Source: Octopus vulgaris (lineage: Eukaryota). Taken from it: 64,000 nt of DNA. The notes beneath the pieces are model-generated. The model ran no database searches and had not been told where the DNA came from. It saw only the letters and a program-made list of their open reading frames with translations. Position 1 is the stretch's first letter; each line of letters begins with the position of its first letter. The translations under genes and the position numbers were made by a program. Where the stretch lies: contig OX597815.1 in the NCBI GenBank assembly GCA_951406725.2, positions 189,906,001 through 189,970,000 on the forward strand, given 5' to 3'. This document shows positions 1 to 12,211 of this stretch, in pieces.

Positions 1-445
1 GGTTTTGGCATTTATAAGCAGCCATCTCTCCCTTTGCCTTGTAAGGATGTAGTCAATTTGGCTGGTATGTTGGCCCGATTGGTAAGTGACTAGGTGGCTG
101 GTAGGTTTCCTGAAGTTAGTGTTGCAAATCATAAGATTATTTGCATCGCAGAACTCCAGCAGCCTGGTTCCCTCCTCGTTGCGGGAGCCATAGCCATAGC
201 CTCCATGTATGCCATGGAAGCCCCCAGCATGTCGTCCAACGTGACCATTGAAGTCACCAGCCACAAAGATAAGGTCTCTGTCGTTCGTCAACGAGGTAGT
301 CTGCAGTAGAGTGTCATAGAATCGGTCTTTCTGTCCATCGGGTAGCCCCGACTGAGGAGCATAGGCTGATATAATGGTTGCTAAACTATGATGAAGCACT
401 AATCTAATCTTAAGTATTCTGTCACATACTCTGATTACCTCAATT
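1..445 (-). mobile_element. RTE-clade LINE fragment, apurinic-like endonuclease domain
   Basis: Minus-strand translation IISAYAPQ...[11 protein letters not shown]...[16 protein letters not shown]...NTNFRK...SQIDYIL contains the canonical APE motifs of RTE elements. Truncated by the window edge and by a microsatellite. Confidence 0.9.
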
Positions 446-447
446 AA

Positions 448-459
448 TATATATATATC

Positions 460-523
<64 letters not shown>

Positions 524-880
524 GATAGATATATATATATATATATGTAGATATATATATATATATATGTAGATATATATATATATATGTAGATAGATAT
601 ATATATATATGTAGATAGATATATATATATATATGTAGATAGATATATATATATATAGATAGATATATATATATATATGTAGATAGATATATATATATGT
701 AGATAGATATATATATATGTAGATAGATATATATATATGTAGATAGATATATATATATGTAGATAGATATATATATATATGTAGATAGATATATATATAT
801 ATAGATATATATATGTAGATATATATATATATATAGATATATATATGTAGATATATATATATATATAGATATATATATGT

Positions 881-915
<35 letters not shown>

Positions 916-1020
916 GATAGATATATATATATATATATATGTAGATAGATAGATACATATATATGTAGAGATATATATATATATAGATAGATAGATACTC
1001 ACATACATACATACATACGT
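448..1020. repeat. Compound (TA)n/(TAGA)n microsatellite
   Basis: Directly visible simple repeat. Confidence 0.95.
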
Positions 1021-1691
1021 ACATATTATATATCCATATATAAACTCAATTAATTTGAGCAAATGCTTTGCGACAAATATTTTTGCCCAGAAATAAACAG
1101 AAATAATGCAGACAACATCCAAATAAGAATACAAACAAGCGAGCAAAATATATAATGAGACTATACAGTGGAACGGCAATCCTGCACATATAAATGTAGA
1201 CAATGTAAGACATAGCTGAATTCAAAAATATACAATATCTCGTCTCAGTTATTAACAGAGTTCAGAAAAGACAAAAATAATCAAAGAAACAAAACCAAGA
1301 TTAACTATCTTAGAAGTAATCACCGACTCGATGTTCAGCCAAAGTAAAAGAAACTATGCTTCTGATATGCTATAAATATAGCAGACATTTCCTAGACTAT
1401 GTCAATTTTGGTTCATGCCCACATTACAAACTGTGGCTTATAAATCAAAACAAACTACAAATATTTCAAAATCACACTATGAATTATGATAAGCTGTGTG
1501 TTGTACTACAGCAGACACTGACCACCAAATGCATATTATTGCAGTGTAGGAGAAAGCCTTGTCAATATATTTATTTAACCAGTCACACTTTGGGATTATT
1601 TGCTGTCAATGCAGGCCTTCCAAGTTCCCTATATTTCTGGATTATATCTTATTAAAGTTCACCTCTCTCTCTCTCTCCCTCTCCATTTCCT

Positions 1692-1718
<27 letters not shown>

Positions 1719-1722
<4 letters not shown>

Positions 1723-1993
1723 CCTGAATGACACAACAATGGACTATAATAACTGCTATAATTTAATCATCCATAGTCTGATATAATAATAATATTTCAG
1801 AATATAAAAATTCCTTCTTCAGATAAACAATGTTTCAAGTGAACTATATCTCTACGCCTGGGCTGGGCCAAGTTCGCAACTGCTTGGGAGTTTATCTGAA
1901 GAAGGAATTTTTATATTCCGAAATATCATATCAGATTATGGATGATTAAATTATAACAGCTATTATAGTCCATTGTTGTGCCATTTAAGACAC
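1719..1993. mobile_element. Penelope-like foldback (~110-bp arms) with hammerhead-like motif
   Basis: 1719-1828 is the reverse complement of 1890-1993. The right arm reads CTGAAGA-aGGAAT..ATTCC-GAAA-TATCATA-TC. Left side abuts TA/TG microsatellite. Confidence 0.65.
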
Positions 1994-2063
1994 ATTATAT
2001 TTTTTACAAACAATACACCATGCTTCAATCAAACTACAATACTCTCCTATATATATATATATA

Positions 2064-2397
2064 TCATCATCATCATCATCATCATTAACATCATTTAGCA
2101 TCCGCTTTCCATGCTAGCATGGGTTGGACAGTTCAACTGGGGTCTGTGCAGCCAGAAGGCTGCATCAAGCCCAGTCTGATCTGGCAGTGATGCCCTTCCT
2201 AATGCCAACCACTCCGTGAGTGTAGTGGGTGCTTTTTACGTGCCACCCGCACAGGTGCCAGACGGAGCTGGCAAACGGCCACGGACAGATGGTGCTTTTT
2301 ACGTGCCACCGGCACGGGGGCCAGGCGAGGCTGGCAACAGCCACGAACGGATGGTGCTTTTTACGTGTCACGGGCACGGAGGCCGGGTAGCACTGGC
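2064..2397 (-). mobile_element. RTE LINE 3' UTR fragment with (GAT)n tail
   Basis: Same sequence as the 3' UTR following the RTE ORF end at 12318-12883. Confidence 0.8.
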
Positions 2398-2398
2398 A

Positions 2399-2431
<33 letters not shown>

Positions 2432-2480
2432 CATATATATATATACACATGTAGAAGGTTGAAAGGAACACACAAGTTGG

Positions 2481-2628
2481 ATATATATGGGAAAACAAGT
2501 CAAGACAGAAAATGGTAAAATAATTTTATAAAAACATTTCAGTACCAGTTTTAGTCATTGAGACTTTTTCAACTGTAAATATGGAAAACAATTGAATATT
2601 TTAGCATTTTCTACCTTGACTTGTTTTT

Positions 2629-2640
<12 letters not shown>
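2481..2640 (-). mobile_element. Short Penelope-like foldback with decayed hammerhead (U3:A8 core)
   Basis: Inverted arms ATGGGAAAACAAGTCAAG / CTTGACTTGTTTTTCCAT. Minus strand 2540-2575 reads cag-TTGAAAA-agtc-tcaat-gact-AAAA-ctgg-TA-ctg. Confidence 0.55.
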
Positions 2641-2664
<24 letters not shown>

Positions 2665-2825
2665 AAATACAAAATGGGACAAGAACGCAAAACATCCAGA
2701 CAACTAGGTGATAAAAAAAGGGACAACAAAACATCCAGATAGACGATACAAAAAAACAAGGACAGGTCATTCGAAGCCTTTTATCCTCAGTCAAGAACCG
2801 GATCATCCTCGCAATTTCGGCTGTA

Positions 2826-3455
2826 TTAGTAAGTCTTAGTGAGTAGGAAGACTGTCAAATCACAAACCCTTTCAGGTAGATGGTCCTGCTCAATCTGTAG
2901 AAAAGGCATGGGTAGAAACTCCATACGATGTACCTGGTGTAAGCTATGGACACATAAAAGGTGCAGCAATATCAAAGGAAGGTTAACCAGGAAAATAGTT
3001 TTTGTGTGTGGCAGATGCACAAGGGCAATAAGCACTGAAGATGTACAGAAAACAGATTCCATTACATGCCAGGGGTGAAACTAGAAGTAGTTAATAGCTT
3101 CCATTACTTAGGCAACCAAGTCTGTAATGGGGGTGGTTGCTCTGAGAGTGTAGTAGCTTGGGCAAATTTCAGGAAGCTCCTATCTCTGCTGGCAATTAAG
3201 GGCCTCTCGCTCAGGATGAAAGGTAGACTGTATGATACATGTGTGTGAACTGCCATACTACATGGAAGTGAAACAGGGGCCATGACTACTGAGGTCATGC
3301 GTAGGCTTGAAAGAAACAAAACTAGTATGATCAGCTGGATGTGTAATGTCAGTGTGCAGACATGATAGAGTGTAAGCACCCTCAGAGAAAAGTTGGACCT
3401 AAGAAGCATCAGATGTAGTATGCAAGGAGGATGGCTGCACTGGTGTGGTCATGTG
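2826..3455 (+). mobile_element. Decayed RTE(-X)-like LINE ORF C-terminal fragment
   Basis: Cys/His finger CSIC...CTWC..WTHKRC..CGRC, then LEVVNSFHYLG and KGRLYDTCV, broken by frameshifts and stops. Confidence 0.85.
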
Positions 3456-3567
3456 TTATGTATCAATTGTTGATAATAAAGTAATATGTAGTCAGACACA
3501 GTACACTGCCAAAAACAGGTTACGGAATTGTGTTGTGAATTTTCTTCTGATGGTCCATGTGACTTTG

Positions 3568-3795
3568 CAGCGAGCTGGCAGAAATGTTAGCACGCCGGGC
3601 AAAATGCTTAGTGGTATTTTGTCTGCCATTACGTTCTGAGTTCAAATTCTGCCGAGGTTGACTTTGCCTTTCATCCTTTCAGGGTCGATAAACTAAGTAC
3701 CAATTATGCACTGGGGCCGATGTAATCGACTTAATCCGTTTGTCTGTCCTTGTTAGTCCCCTCTGTGTTTAGCCCCTTGTGGGTAGTAAAGAAAT
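3568..3795 (+). mobile_element. tRNA-derived SINE (Sauria/Meta-like central domain)
   Basis: A-box-like GAGCTGGCAGAA, B-box GAGTTCAAATTC, central GCCTTTCATCCTTTC.GGGTCGATAAA. Further copies near 10098, 23341, 25748, 27760, 35940(-), 37788, 50865(-), 57660, 58570(-). Confidence 0.85.
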
Positions 3796-4129
3796 ATATA
3801 TTTTCATTGGAGGCTAACACACATCCATTTGCAATAAAGGTGAATGTTTATATTTGTGTTTCTCATACTTAAGTCAAACATTTCGGCTGAATAAAATGAT
3901 TGATTCTCAGCAACTATTTTTCATCACCGCATTCAGCTAACTGTCCCCACCCTCATCTTGTTGCCCAATGCACTTTTAACACAGCCATTCCTGCTCTCCA
4001 AAAAACATATAATCTGGATTCTCCATAAGCAAATATCTATTATTGGTTAAACATAAGGATACTGTAATAACCATGTATTGATCTCCTATTTCCAATACAA
4101 AAATATACAATATTGCAAAAACTAATAAG

Positions 4130-4498
4130 AACAAGAGGACTCAGAGAGTGCAAACCTCCACCAAGGCAACACCAACGTCCTTTCAACGATTAGCTAGAGA
4201 TGATTTTTAAAATGAGAATATCTGAAATAAACTCGACTGCTCTCATGAATGAGAATACTAAAAATTAATCCAACTGCTCTCAAAAATTAAGGAGAAAAAA
4301 ACAGAAAAATGATCCAGAATCCTTGTCTGGTGCTGGATCGATCCCAAAATCTAATCAGCTCGTGCCAGTCACGAGGCTAAACATCCCTGAAAGTTTCATC
4401 CAAATCCATCCAGCGGTTCTTGAGATATCTCGTCCACTGTCAAACAAACAAACATGACTGAAACAATACCTCCACCTTCGATAAGGTGGAAGTAATAA
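4130..4498 (-). mobile_element. Helentron-associated (HINE/DINE-1-like) non-autonomous element
   Basis: Subterminal ACCTCC(A/G)CC repeats at both ends and a terminal hairpin TACCTCCACCTT-cgat-AAGGTGGAAGTA. A related short copy lies at 6640-6778(+). Confidence 0.55.
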
Positions 4499-5099
4499 TT
4501 ATTTCAAACTTTGCCTCAAGGTTAGCAAGTCTGGGGGAAAGGGGACAGTTGATTACATCGATTCTTGTACTCAGCTGATAGTTCTATCGACCTCTAAAAT
4601 TATGAAATACCCAATGGAAACTGAATTCATAATTTAAAGCCAGAAGTGCAGGTAAGCATTTTGGCAAGCATATTAACGACTGCCAGTTCACTGTCTTAAT
4701 TAAAATAAAACTATTTAATTTGAAATACTTTTCGCTTTCCTAAGTCTTCAATCTCCCATTAAGTTATTAACATTCTATTATAAACAGTGATGATTCTCAG
4801 TAATCCAACACAAGACTAAATCAACTGTTACAATCTTGTCTCTCACTTTGCTTAAATACTAAGAAAATACACTACATTTTCAGTCAAACTATACCACTAG
4901 GTATGTACAATGGAATCCAAGACTGAAATATGGTATGTCAGGTGGATATACCATATTTTGAAGCATTCATTAGTCCTCTCCTTCAATTATTCTGAATTCT
5001 TCATTTTGCGGTCATTTTGCCATGTCTCTCTCTCTCTTTGAGTTAAACTGATGCTGTTGGAATACCAAAAAATATAAAAACCAAGTTGGTGTTAATATT

Positions 5100-5855
5100 G
5101 CTCTCTTTACTCTTTTACTTGTTTCAGTCATTTGACTGTGGCCATGCTGGAGCAGTGCCTTTAGTCAAGCAAATAGCCCCTCAGGACTTATTCTATTGGT
5201 CTCTTTTGCCAAACCGCTAAGTTACGGGGACGTAAACACACCAGCATCAGTTGACAAGCGATGTTGGGGGGAGGGAACACAGACACACAAACACATACAT
5301 ACATACACACATACATACATACACACATACATACATACACACACTCATACATATATATATATATATGTGACCGCGTGTGTACCGTTGGCGATTTTTTTTC
5401 CTCTGTCTTCCCTTCTCTGGATCATTCCTTTTCCTATGTTTCCGAGGAAGAGCTCCGCTTGAAACGTTAAACTCTCCTTCTTGCTTTCTTTCCTGAGCGT
5501 CCAATAATACTATTTGTTCCACGTCCTTGCGTTGTTGTGTTTTTTGTGCTTTCTTGTTTGGATTAACTTTATATATATATATATATATATTGTTTTGGGA
5601 TTTGGTTTGCAAGATTCTTTATATGTTAAATAATAAGGCACTAAAAGAGAATGACTCTCCCCAGACACAACAGAATATATATATATATATATGACGGGCT
5701 TCTTTCAGTTTCTGTCTACCAAATCCACTCACAAGGCTTTGGTCGGTCTGAGGCTATAGCAGAAGACACTTGCCCAAGGTGCCATGCAGTGGAACTGAAC
5801 CCGGAACCATGTGGTTCATAAGCAAGCTACTTCCTACACAGCCACTCCTACGCCT
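5100..5855 (-). mobile_element. CORE-type tRNA SINE interrupted by Penelope-like pieces in its internal (TA)n tract
   Basis: tRNA head, ACCTTGGGCAAGTG core and (GTAAAAGA)n tail. Foreign sequence at about 5368-5680. Confidence 0.85.
5438..5472 (+). ncRNA. Degenerate minimal type-I hammerhead motif
   Basis: gttt-CCGAGGA-a-gagc-tcc-gctt-GAAA-CG-TT-aaac: stem I GTTT/AAAC, palindromic ACGT stem III. A sister copy at about 48670-48750(-) has gttt-CTGATGA-aga. Confidence 0.55.
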
Positions 5856-6084
5856 ATATTTGTTATATTTACTTTACAATGTTACGTTCTTTGATTATCT
5901 CCCTTGAAAACACGTTCATGGTTTTCACATAACCTATGGTGGCGTTGCTGTTTCCAAAGTTTTATTTCCGTTTCTCTATTAGTAATTTTACTTGCATATC
6001 TATCTTCCTAGAAACTGATGGATAAAGAGATCAAACTCCATAAATAAACAGCAGCGAAACAGTTCAGAAATTAAATGACACTAA

Positions 6085-6456
6085 CAGCACCATCCGAACG
6101 TGGCCGATGCCAGCGCCGCCCCGACTGGCTCCTGTGCCGGTGGCACATAAAAAGACCATCCGAACGTTGCCAGCACCGCCTTGGCTGGCTTCCGTGCCGC
6201 TGGCACGTTAAAAGCTCCAACCGATCGTGACCGATGCCGGACCCCACCCTGGTACCTGTGCAGGTAGCACGTAAAAAGCACCCACTACACTCGCGGAGTG
6301 GTTGGTGTTAGGAAGGGCATCCAGCCGTAGAAACTCTGCCAGATCAGACTGGAGCCTGGAGCAGCCCCTGGCTTCCCAGACCCCGGTCGAACCGTCCAAC
6401 CCGTGCTAGCGCGGAAAACGGACATTAAACGATGATGATGATGATGATGATGATGA
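6085..6456 (+). mobile_element. RTE LINE 3' UTR fragment with (GAT)n tail
   Basis: Same family as 12318-12883. More copies at 8710-8995, 17005-17195, 26575-26990, 30055-30160, 43285-43660, 53450-53578. Confidence 0.8.
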
Positions 6457-6924
6457 TATTCAAGGGTTGCTAAAAGCAGCAGCAGAAGAGGAGGCAGTGG
6501 TAGCAACAACTGATGTTGGACACTTGAGGGATGATTGCTACTATACTGACCACAGAGGGATGTAAAGTAGGTAGGTAGGTTTAGTTTGGTACGGTTAGGG
6601 TTAGGGCTTTTTTTTTTTTAAATCATATGGCTGTGTTATTTTTTTTAACCATTCCAAGGAGATTATGTTTTTGTCGGGCTTTGGTTTGGGAAATTGGGCG
6701 ATTTTCAGCATGCATGTTTATGGGTGGAAATGAGCGGCTTGGCAGAGGTCTGCGCCCTCCAAGTGCTTTTCCAGTTTTAAATGGAAACATGTCAGATACT
6801 GTTAACATAATGACAAGATTGCAGGAGAAGCAAACATGTGCGCACTTGCAGATTTGTACACTTTATACACACATCCATCCCTCTCCTTTTATCTCTCTCT
6901 CTCTCTCTCTCTCTCCACACATAC

Positions 6925-7252
6925 CTGTGTGCATGTGCATGCACATGTGCGTATGCATGTATGTGTATGTGTGTGTGTGTATGTGTAAGTTTGTGCATGT
7001 ATGTGTGTTTGTACGTGCATGCGTCTGTGTGGATGTGTGTGCATGCATGTGTGTGTGTGCATGCATGTGTGTGTGTGTGCATGCATGCGTGTGTGTTTGC
7101 ATGCATGCATGTGTATGTGTTTGTGCATGTGTGTGTGCATGCATGCGCGTGTGTGTGCATGCACGTGTGTCTGGGCATGCATGTGCGCGCATGTGTTTGT
7201 GCATGCACGTGTGTGTGTGTGTGTGTGTGTGTAATAGAGAGAGAGAGAGAGA
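6925..7252. repeat. (TG)n/(TGCA)n compound microsatellite
   Basis: Directly visible. Confidence 0.9.
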
Positions 7253-7599
7253 TGCACAGACGAAAAGGCAAGACAGGCATCGTCGGAACGGCTTTGATCA
7301 AAGGTCTGCCGAATCAGAGCTCAACCAGGTCTGAACAATAACAACAACAACAAAAACCGCTTGCAAATAAGTCTACATGTTAACATGTAAAGGAGAATGT
7401 CAACATCAAAAATATAGATCAAACCCAATTTATTCAATATGTCAACCAATTTGTCTGAAGTTAAATGAGATATGTAAAATAACACGACAAATAAATCATT
7501 AAAATGTCTTCCAAACGTGAACAACTTAAACAATTAAATGATTCGCTTTCACATCCAGAACATTACTCAGCTGCCGTCAAGTTTATAGATGTAATGCAT

Positions 7600-7890
7600 T
7601 AACTATGGAATGAAATCGAAGACATAATTTATTATACATACAACATTTATGCTATTTGTAAGACAATTTACTCGTAAACTATGGAATGACATTAGAGACA
7701 TAATCTGTTTCGAGACAAAACGTTGATGCTGTTCATAAGAGAACTGACAAATAAATTATTGAATGAAATTGAAGATGCTATCTATTATAGACACAGTATT
7801 TATACTTATACGTAGGACAATTGACTAATAAACTATGGAATGAAATTAGAGACATAATCTACAATACATACAACATTTATTCATCAGTCT
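7600..7890 (+). repeat. Degenerate ~76-78-bp minisatellite, about 4 units
   Basis: AACTATGGAATGA..AGACATAAT recurs near 7601, 7677, 7754 and 7832. Confidence 0.7.
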
Positions 7891-8370
7891 ATTGACTGAT
7901 AAAATGAAATCAAGAATATTGAAGATAGAAAGCCCTATAGCTATGATATATTCAGTGATAGGCAGGAAGTCAAATTGATGTATAAGATATATTCAAAATA
8001 CTTCTTTGATTTGTTTATTTATGTTGCTAATTCAAAGTTTTACTGTTAAGTGTAGTTGCTAGGAATACTCTAGGCTGTGCTGTGCTGTGTCTATACATAC
8101 ATGATAAACACAGAGATAATATTCTTTTATTCTTTTACTTGCTTCAGTCATTTGACTCTGGCCATGCTGGAGCACCACCTTTAGTCAAACAAAGTGACCC
8201 CAGGACTTGTTCTTTCTAAGCCTAGTACTTATTCTATCGGTCTCTTTTGCTGAACCGCTAAGTTACAGGTACGTAAACACACCAACATCGGTTGTCAAGT
8301 GATGGTGGGATAACAAACACAAATACATAAATACATGCATACATACATGCATACATACATGCATACATAC

Positions 8371-8414
<44 letters not shown>

Positions 8415-9242
8415 ATGTATGTATGTATATGACAGGCTACTTTCAGTTTCTGTCTACCAAGTTCACTCACAAGGCTTTGGTCAGCCTGAGGCTATAGCAG
8501 AAGACACATGCCCAAGGTGCCACGCAGTGGGATTGAACCCGGAACCATGTGGTTGGGAAGCTAGCTTCTTACCACACAGCCACTCTTGCACCTATATTAT
8601 TATAACATTTATTGTACATATTTATATAAATTTCTGATGACTGCTGGTAGAGATGTAGGAGATCAGAATAGGGTGTATGCATAACAACTGTACATAGCAA
8701 TAATTAGTAAGGTGCAAGATGCCAGAAAGAGGAAGAGTTGGTCCATGTAGAAAGCACCCATGCTGGTACCATAAGAAAATCGCTCATGCTGGGTACCTCA
8801 TGAAAAGCACTTGTGCTGGTGCAACATAAAAAGTACCCAGTCCACTCTGTAAAATGGTTGGCATTAGGAAGGGCATCCAACCATAAAAAAACCATGCCAA
8901 AACAAACAAGTAAAGCTTGGTGCTGCCCTTCGACATGCTGGCTCTTGTCAACCCATACCAGCATGAAAAATGAATGTTAAATGATAATGATGATGATATG
9001 GATTCTGCATGTGTGTTTGCTTGTTGAAAGCTGAGATGTGCTTTTAGCAAAAACTAATCTGCCTCTAGCTTGTTTTTGGTGAGAAGTGAAGATGTGTCTC
9101 ACGGGTTTCTCTCTCAAACTCTGCAGTTGTTCTTTGTGGGTTTTTGTTTTTGGTTTTAATACACTGAAAAGAGAAGGAACCACAAAGACATTAGGAATGG
9201 TTTACATGACATGAAATGCTATCCCTGCAAACTGATTGATTG

Positions 9243-9469
9243 TTAACCCTTTTTTTTACTATATTTCTGTTGAGATGCTCTGTGTTTCATTCAATCATTT
9301 TTAAATATAACAAAGAATTTAACAAAATAACTTAGTTATCATTAAGCTAGTGTTATGAACATAAATTGTGACTAAGGTTTGGAAGATTTTAATTCAAGAC
9401 TTATGAAGACAAGACATTTGTACTCAGAGCCAGTGGTGGTTTCAGCCAGGATGATAACAAAAGGGTTAA
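9243..9469. mobile_element. piggyBac-type MITE
   Basis: TTAA-CCCTT...AAGGG-TTAA termini. Same family at 13322-13549 and 13572-13798. Confidence 0.8.
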
Positions 9470-10439
9470 TAAGGATAGACCACATGACATGAGTGTGATC
9501 TATGTCTGGTATGGACCTGTTAACTGAAAAATGTGAGGTTCAATTCTAGGTCTCACCGCATATATATTGTAGGAGCTAAATTCAGATTTTGTAGGCTCCT
9601 GGGCTGCATATACTGACCTGGCTCACAGTGATATTTTCAAGAACTCTTCCCTAAATTTCTAGATTAACTAAAAACTTATTGACAACTCTCAGAGGTCCCT
9701 GAATTACAGCTCATGCCTTAATCCCTGGATTAACAGCTTAGTGACAGCTTACTGAGCTGCATGGATTACAGTCTCTAAAGCACATGCCTTAATCCGGCAC
9801 TGGACATCATATGTATTCTGGCATCTTGGAATTGATTATCTTTAGTGATGTGAGACATTCCATACATAGCACAACTGTGTTCGAATGATTTCCTGCCATT
9901 ATTTATAAGTTCCGAGAAGACACATTCAGTTTAGTTTATGTGACAAGATAACAAGTGCATAATAATTATATTTGCATATTTGTACAATTGTTTATTTTTT
10001 CATTTTCCCACCTGCCAAGATTATGTAACAAGGTAATTATCATTGTTATTATTATCATCTTCATCATTATATTCATCATTATTATTAACATTATAAAGGC
10101 GGTGAGCTGGCAGAATCGTGAGCATGCCGGGTGAAATGCTTAGCGGAAATTCATCTGTCTTCACGTTCTGAGTTCAAATCCTGCCAAGGTTGACTATGCC
10201 TTTCATCCTTTCAGGATAGATAAATTAAGTACCAGTTGAACACTGAAGTCAATGTAATTGAATCATCCCCCTCCTTCCTCAAGCTTCCTCCATATTTGCT
10301 GCCCTTGTGCCAAAATTCGTTACATGGCACAGGCACCAGTGTTTTTTATGTGACACCATCACCAACAGAGTCACCAAGTGCCTTGCTAGACAAAAAAGAC
10401 AAAACCCCCTCAGTCAGGTGGGTAGTAGTGAGGGAGAGT

Positions 10440-10610
10440 ACAGGACACCACAAATAAACGTAGAACACAATGAGAAAACATAAAAACAAACACGGAAACG
10501 GACTTTTTTTAACAACGAAAAAACAGAATACAAGACAAACAATACAAGGAATATTCCCCTTCATCAGCTGCCCCTGGTTCGACTCAATGCGTGTTTCGAA
10601 GGTAAGGGTA
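10440..10610 (-). mobile_element. Probable Penelope-like terminal fragment at a (TA)n tract
   Basis: A-rich terminal repeat with partial CTGATGA and CGAAAC motifs. Similar architecture at 19260-19620. Confidence 0.4.
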
Positions 10611-11117
10611 TATATATATATATATAAATGTGTTTCTGTGTGTGTGTGTGTGTGTATGTGTTCTCCACTACTTGGTAACTGGTGTTGGTGTGTTTATGTT
10701 CCCATAACTTAGCAGTTTGGCAAAAGAGACCAATAAGTACCGGGTCTGAAAAACCAAAAAAAAAAGAAAACTGGAATTGATATTCATTTGACTAACATTT
10801 CTTCAAGGCAGTGCTCCAGCATAGCCACAATCAAATGACTATAAGATGAAAGATAAAAGATACTGTCAACGAGACACACATACAAACATCCTTCTCTCTT
10901 ACGTAGACACATGCACAATTTCTCTCTCTGTCTCTCCTCACCTCTTTCTCTCTCTCCCACCTCTCTCTCCCACCTCTCTCTCTTCTCACTTCTCTCTCTC
11001 ACACACACATACACACGCTCTCTCTCTCTCTAAAAGAGGTCTCCATTAACAAAGATAACACAAAAGGAGAATAAGATTTATATATTATGTTCAGTCATTT
11101 CTGAAGAAAATTTTCAC

Positions 11118-11530
11118 ATAGGAGTGGCTGTGTGGTAAGTAGCTTGCTTACCAACCACATGGTTCCAGGTTCAGTCCCACTGCGTGGCACCTTTGGCAAG
11201 TGTCTTCTACTATAGCCTCGGACTGACCAAAGCCTTGTGAGTGGGTTTGGTAGACGGAAACTGAAAGAAGCCCATCGTATATATGCATATACATGCATGT
11301 GTGTGAATATGTTTGTGTGTGTGTGCTTTTCCCCCCAACATCACTTGACAACCAATGCTGTTGTGTTTACATACCCGTAACTTAGCGGTTCGGCAAAAGA
11401 GACCGATAGAATAAGTACTAGGCTTACAAAGAATAAGTCCCGGGGTTGATTTGCTCGACTAAAGGCAGTGCTCCAGCATGGCCGCAGTCAAATGACTGAA
11501 ACAAGTAAAATAATAAAAGAAAAGAAAAGA
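11118..11530 (+). mobile_element. CORE-type tRNA SINE, full length
   Basis: GGAGTGGCTGTGTGGTAAG A-box region, GGTTCAGTCCC B-box, core and tail. Copies at 8120-8592(-), 24917-25318, 33700-34118, 34283-34663, 47898-48305, 51225-51650(-), 52045-52462(-), 53655-54352(-), 55610-56012(-). Confidence 0.9.
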
Positions 11531-12211
11531 ATTTTATTTCAGTTATAAAATAACTGTGAGAACAGAAACTTGGGAAATTAATGTATTTGAACTAAAGGAT
11601 GGAAATCCTATGTGGTCGCTCAACCTGATAGGAGTTCAACCACTGAGAAAGTCAGATAGAGACAGAGACACACAAAGATATCTATTAACCCAGAAAATAA
11701 TGAAAGGCAAAGATGACTGTGGCAGGATTTGAACTCTGGATGCAAAGAGCCATAACAAGCTCTGCAAGACTGATTATTTTGCCAGTCATCCCCCATATTG
11801 AATAATGTGGAAGTATGTGAAACTAAATAAACTGAATTTTATTCCATATTTTGATTATTAAATTGAAAACGACAATGGCTTTAAAAAATGTAAATGACAT
11901 TAATATCAATTTTTAATTAAGTTGAACTATCTTTCAATTAAATTCCAGAAATATCATTGATAGTCTTTCATTACAAACTGAATTGTCATTACAATGCTGA
12001 AACCTCACTCCATCCAACCAATTATCATATTCTTATTTTTAAAATAAAATTCAAGCTCATTTAAACACATCATTATGACAAAATATCATGGCACAAATCT
12101 GATTTTGTGTCAAGTCATTGAAATGCTGCAAAAATGATTAAATGTCACTTATAGTGAATGTTAATGTATTTAACTAACCTGAAATGTTTAATCAATAAAG
12201 TCCACTTACAT

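Noticed and set aside
1060-1490. Very old LINE RT tail (NKLQIFQN-like)
   Set aside because: Too decayed to call with support.
6627-7341. Cys/Val-rich 235-aa ORF
   Set aside because: Derived from (TG)n/(TGCA)n microsatellite plus repeat fragments.
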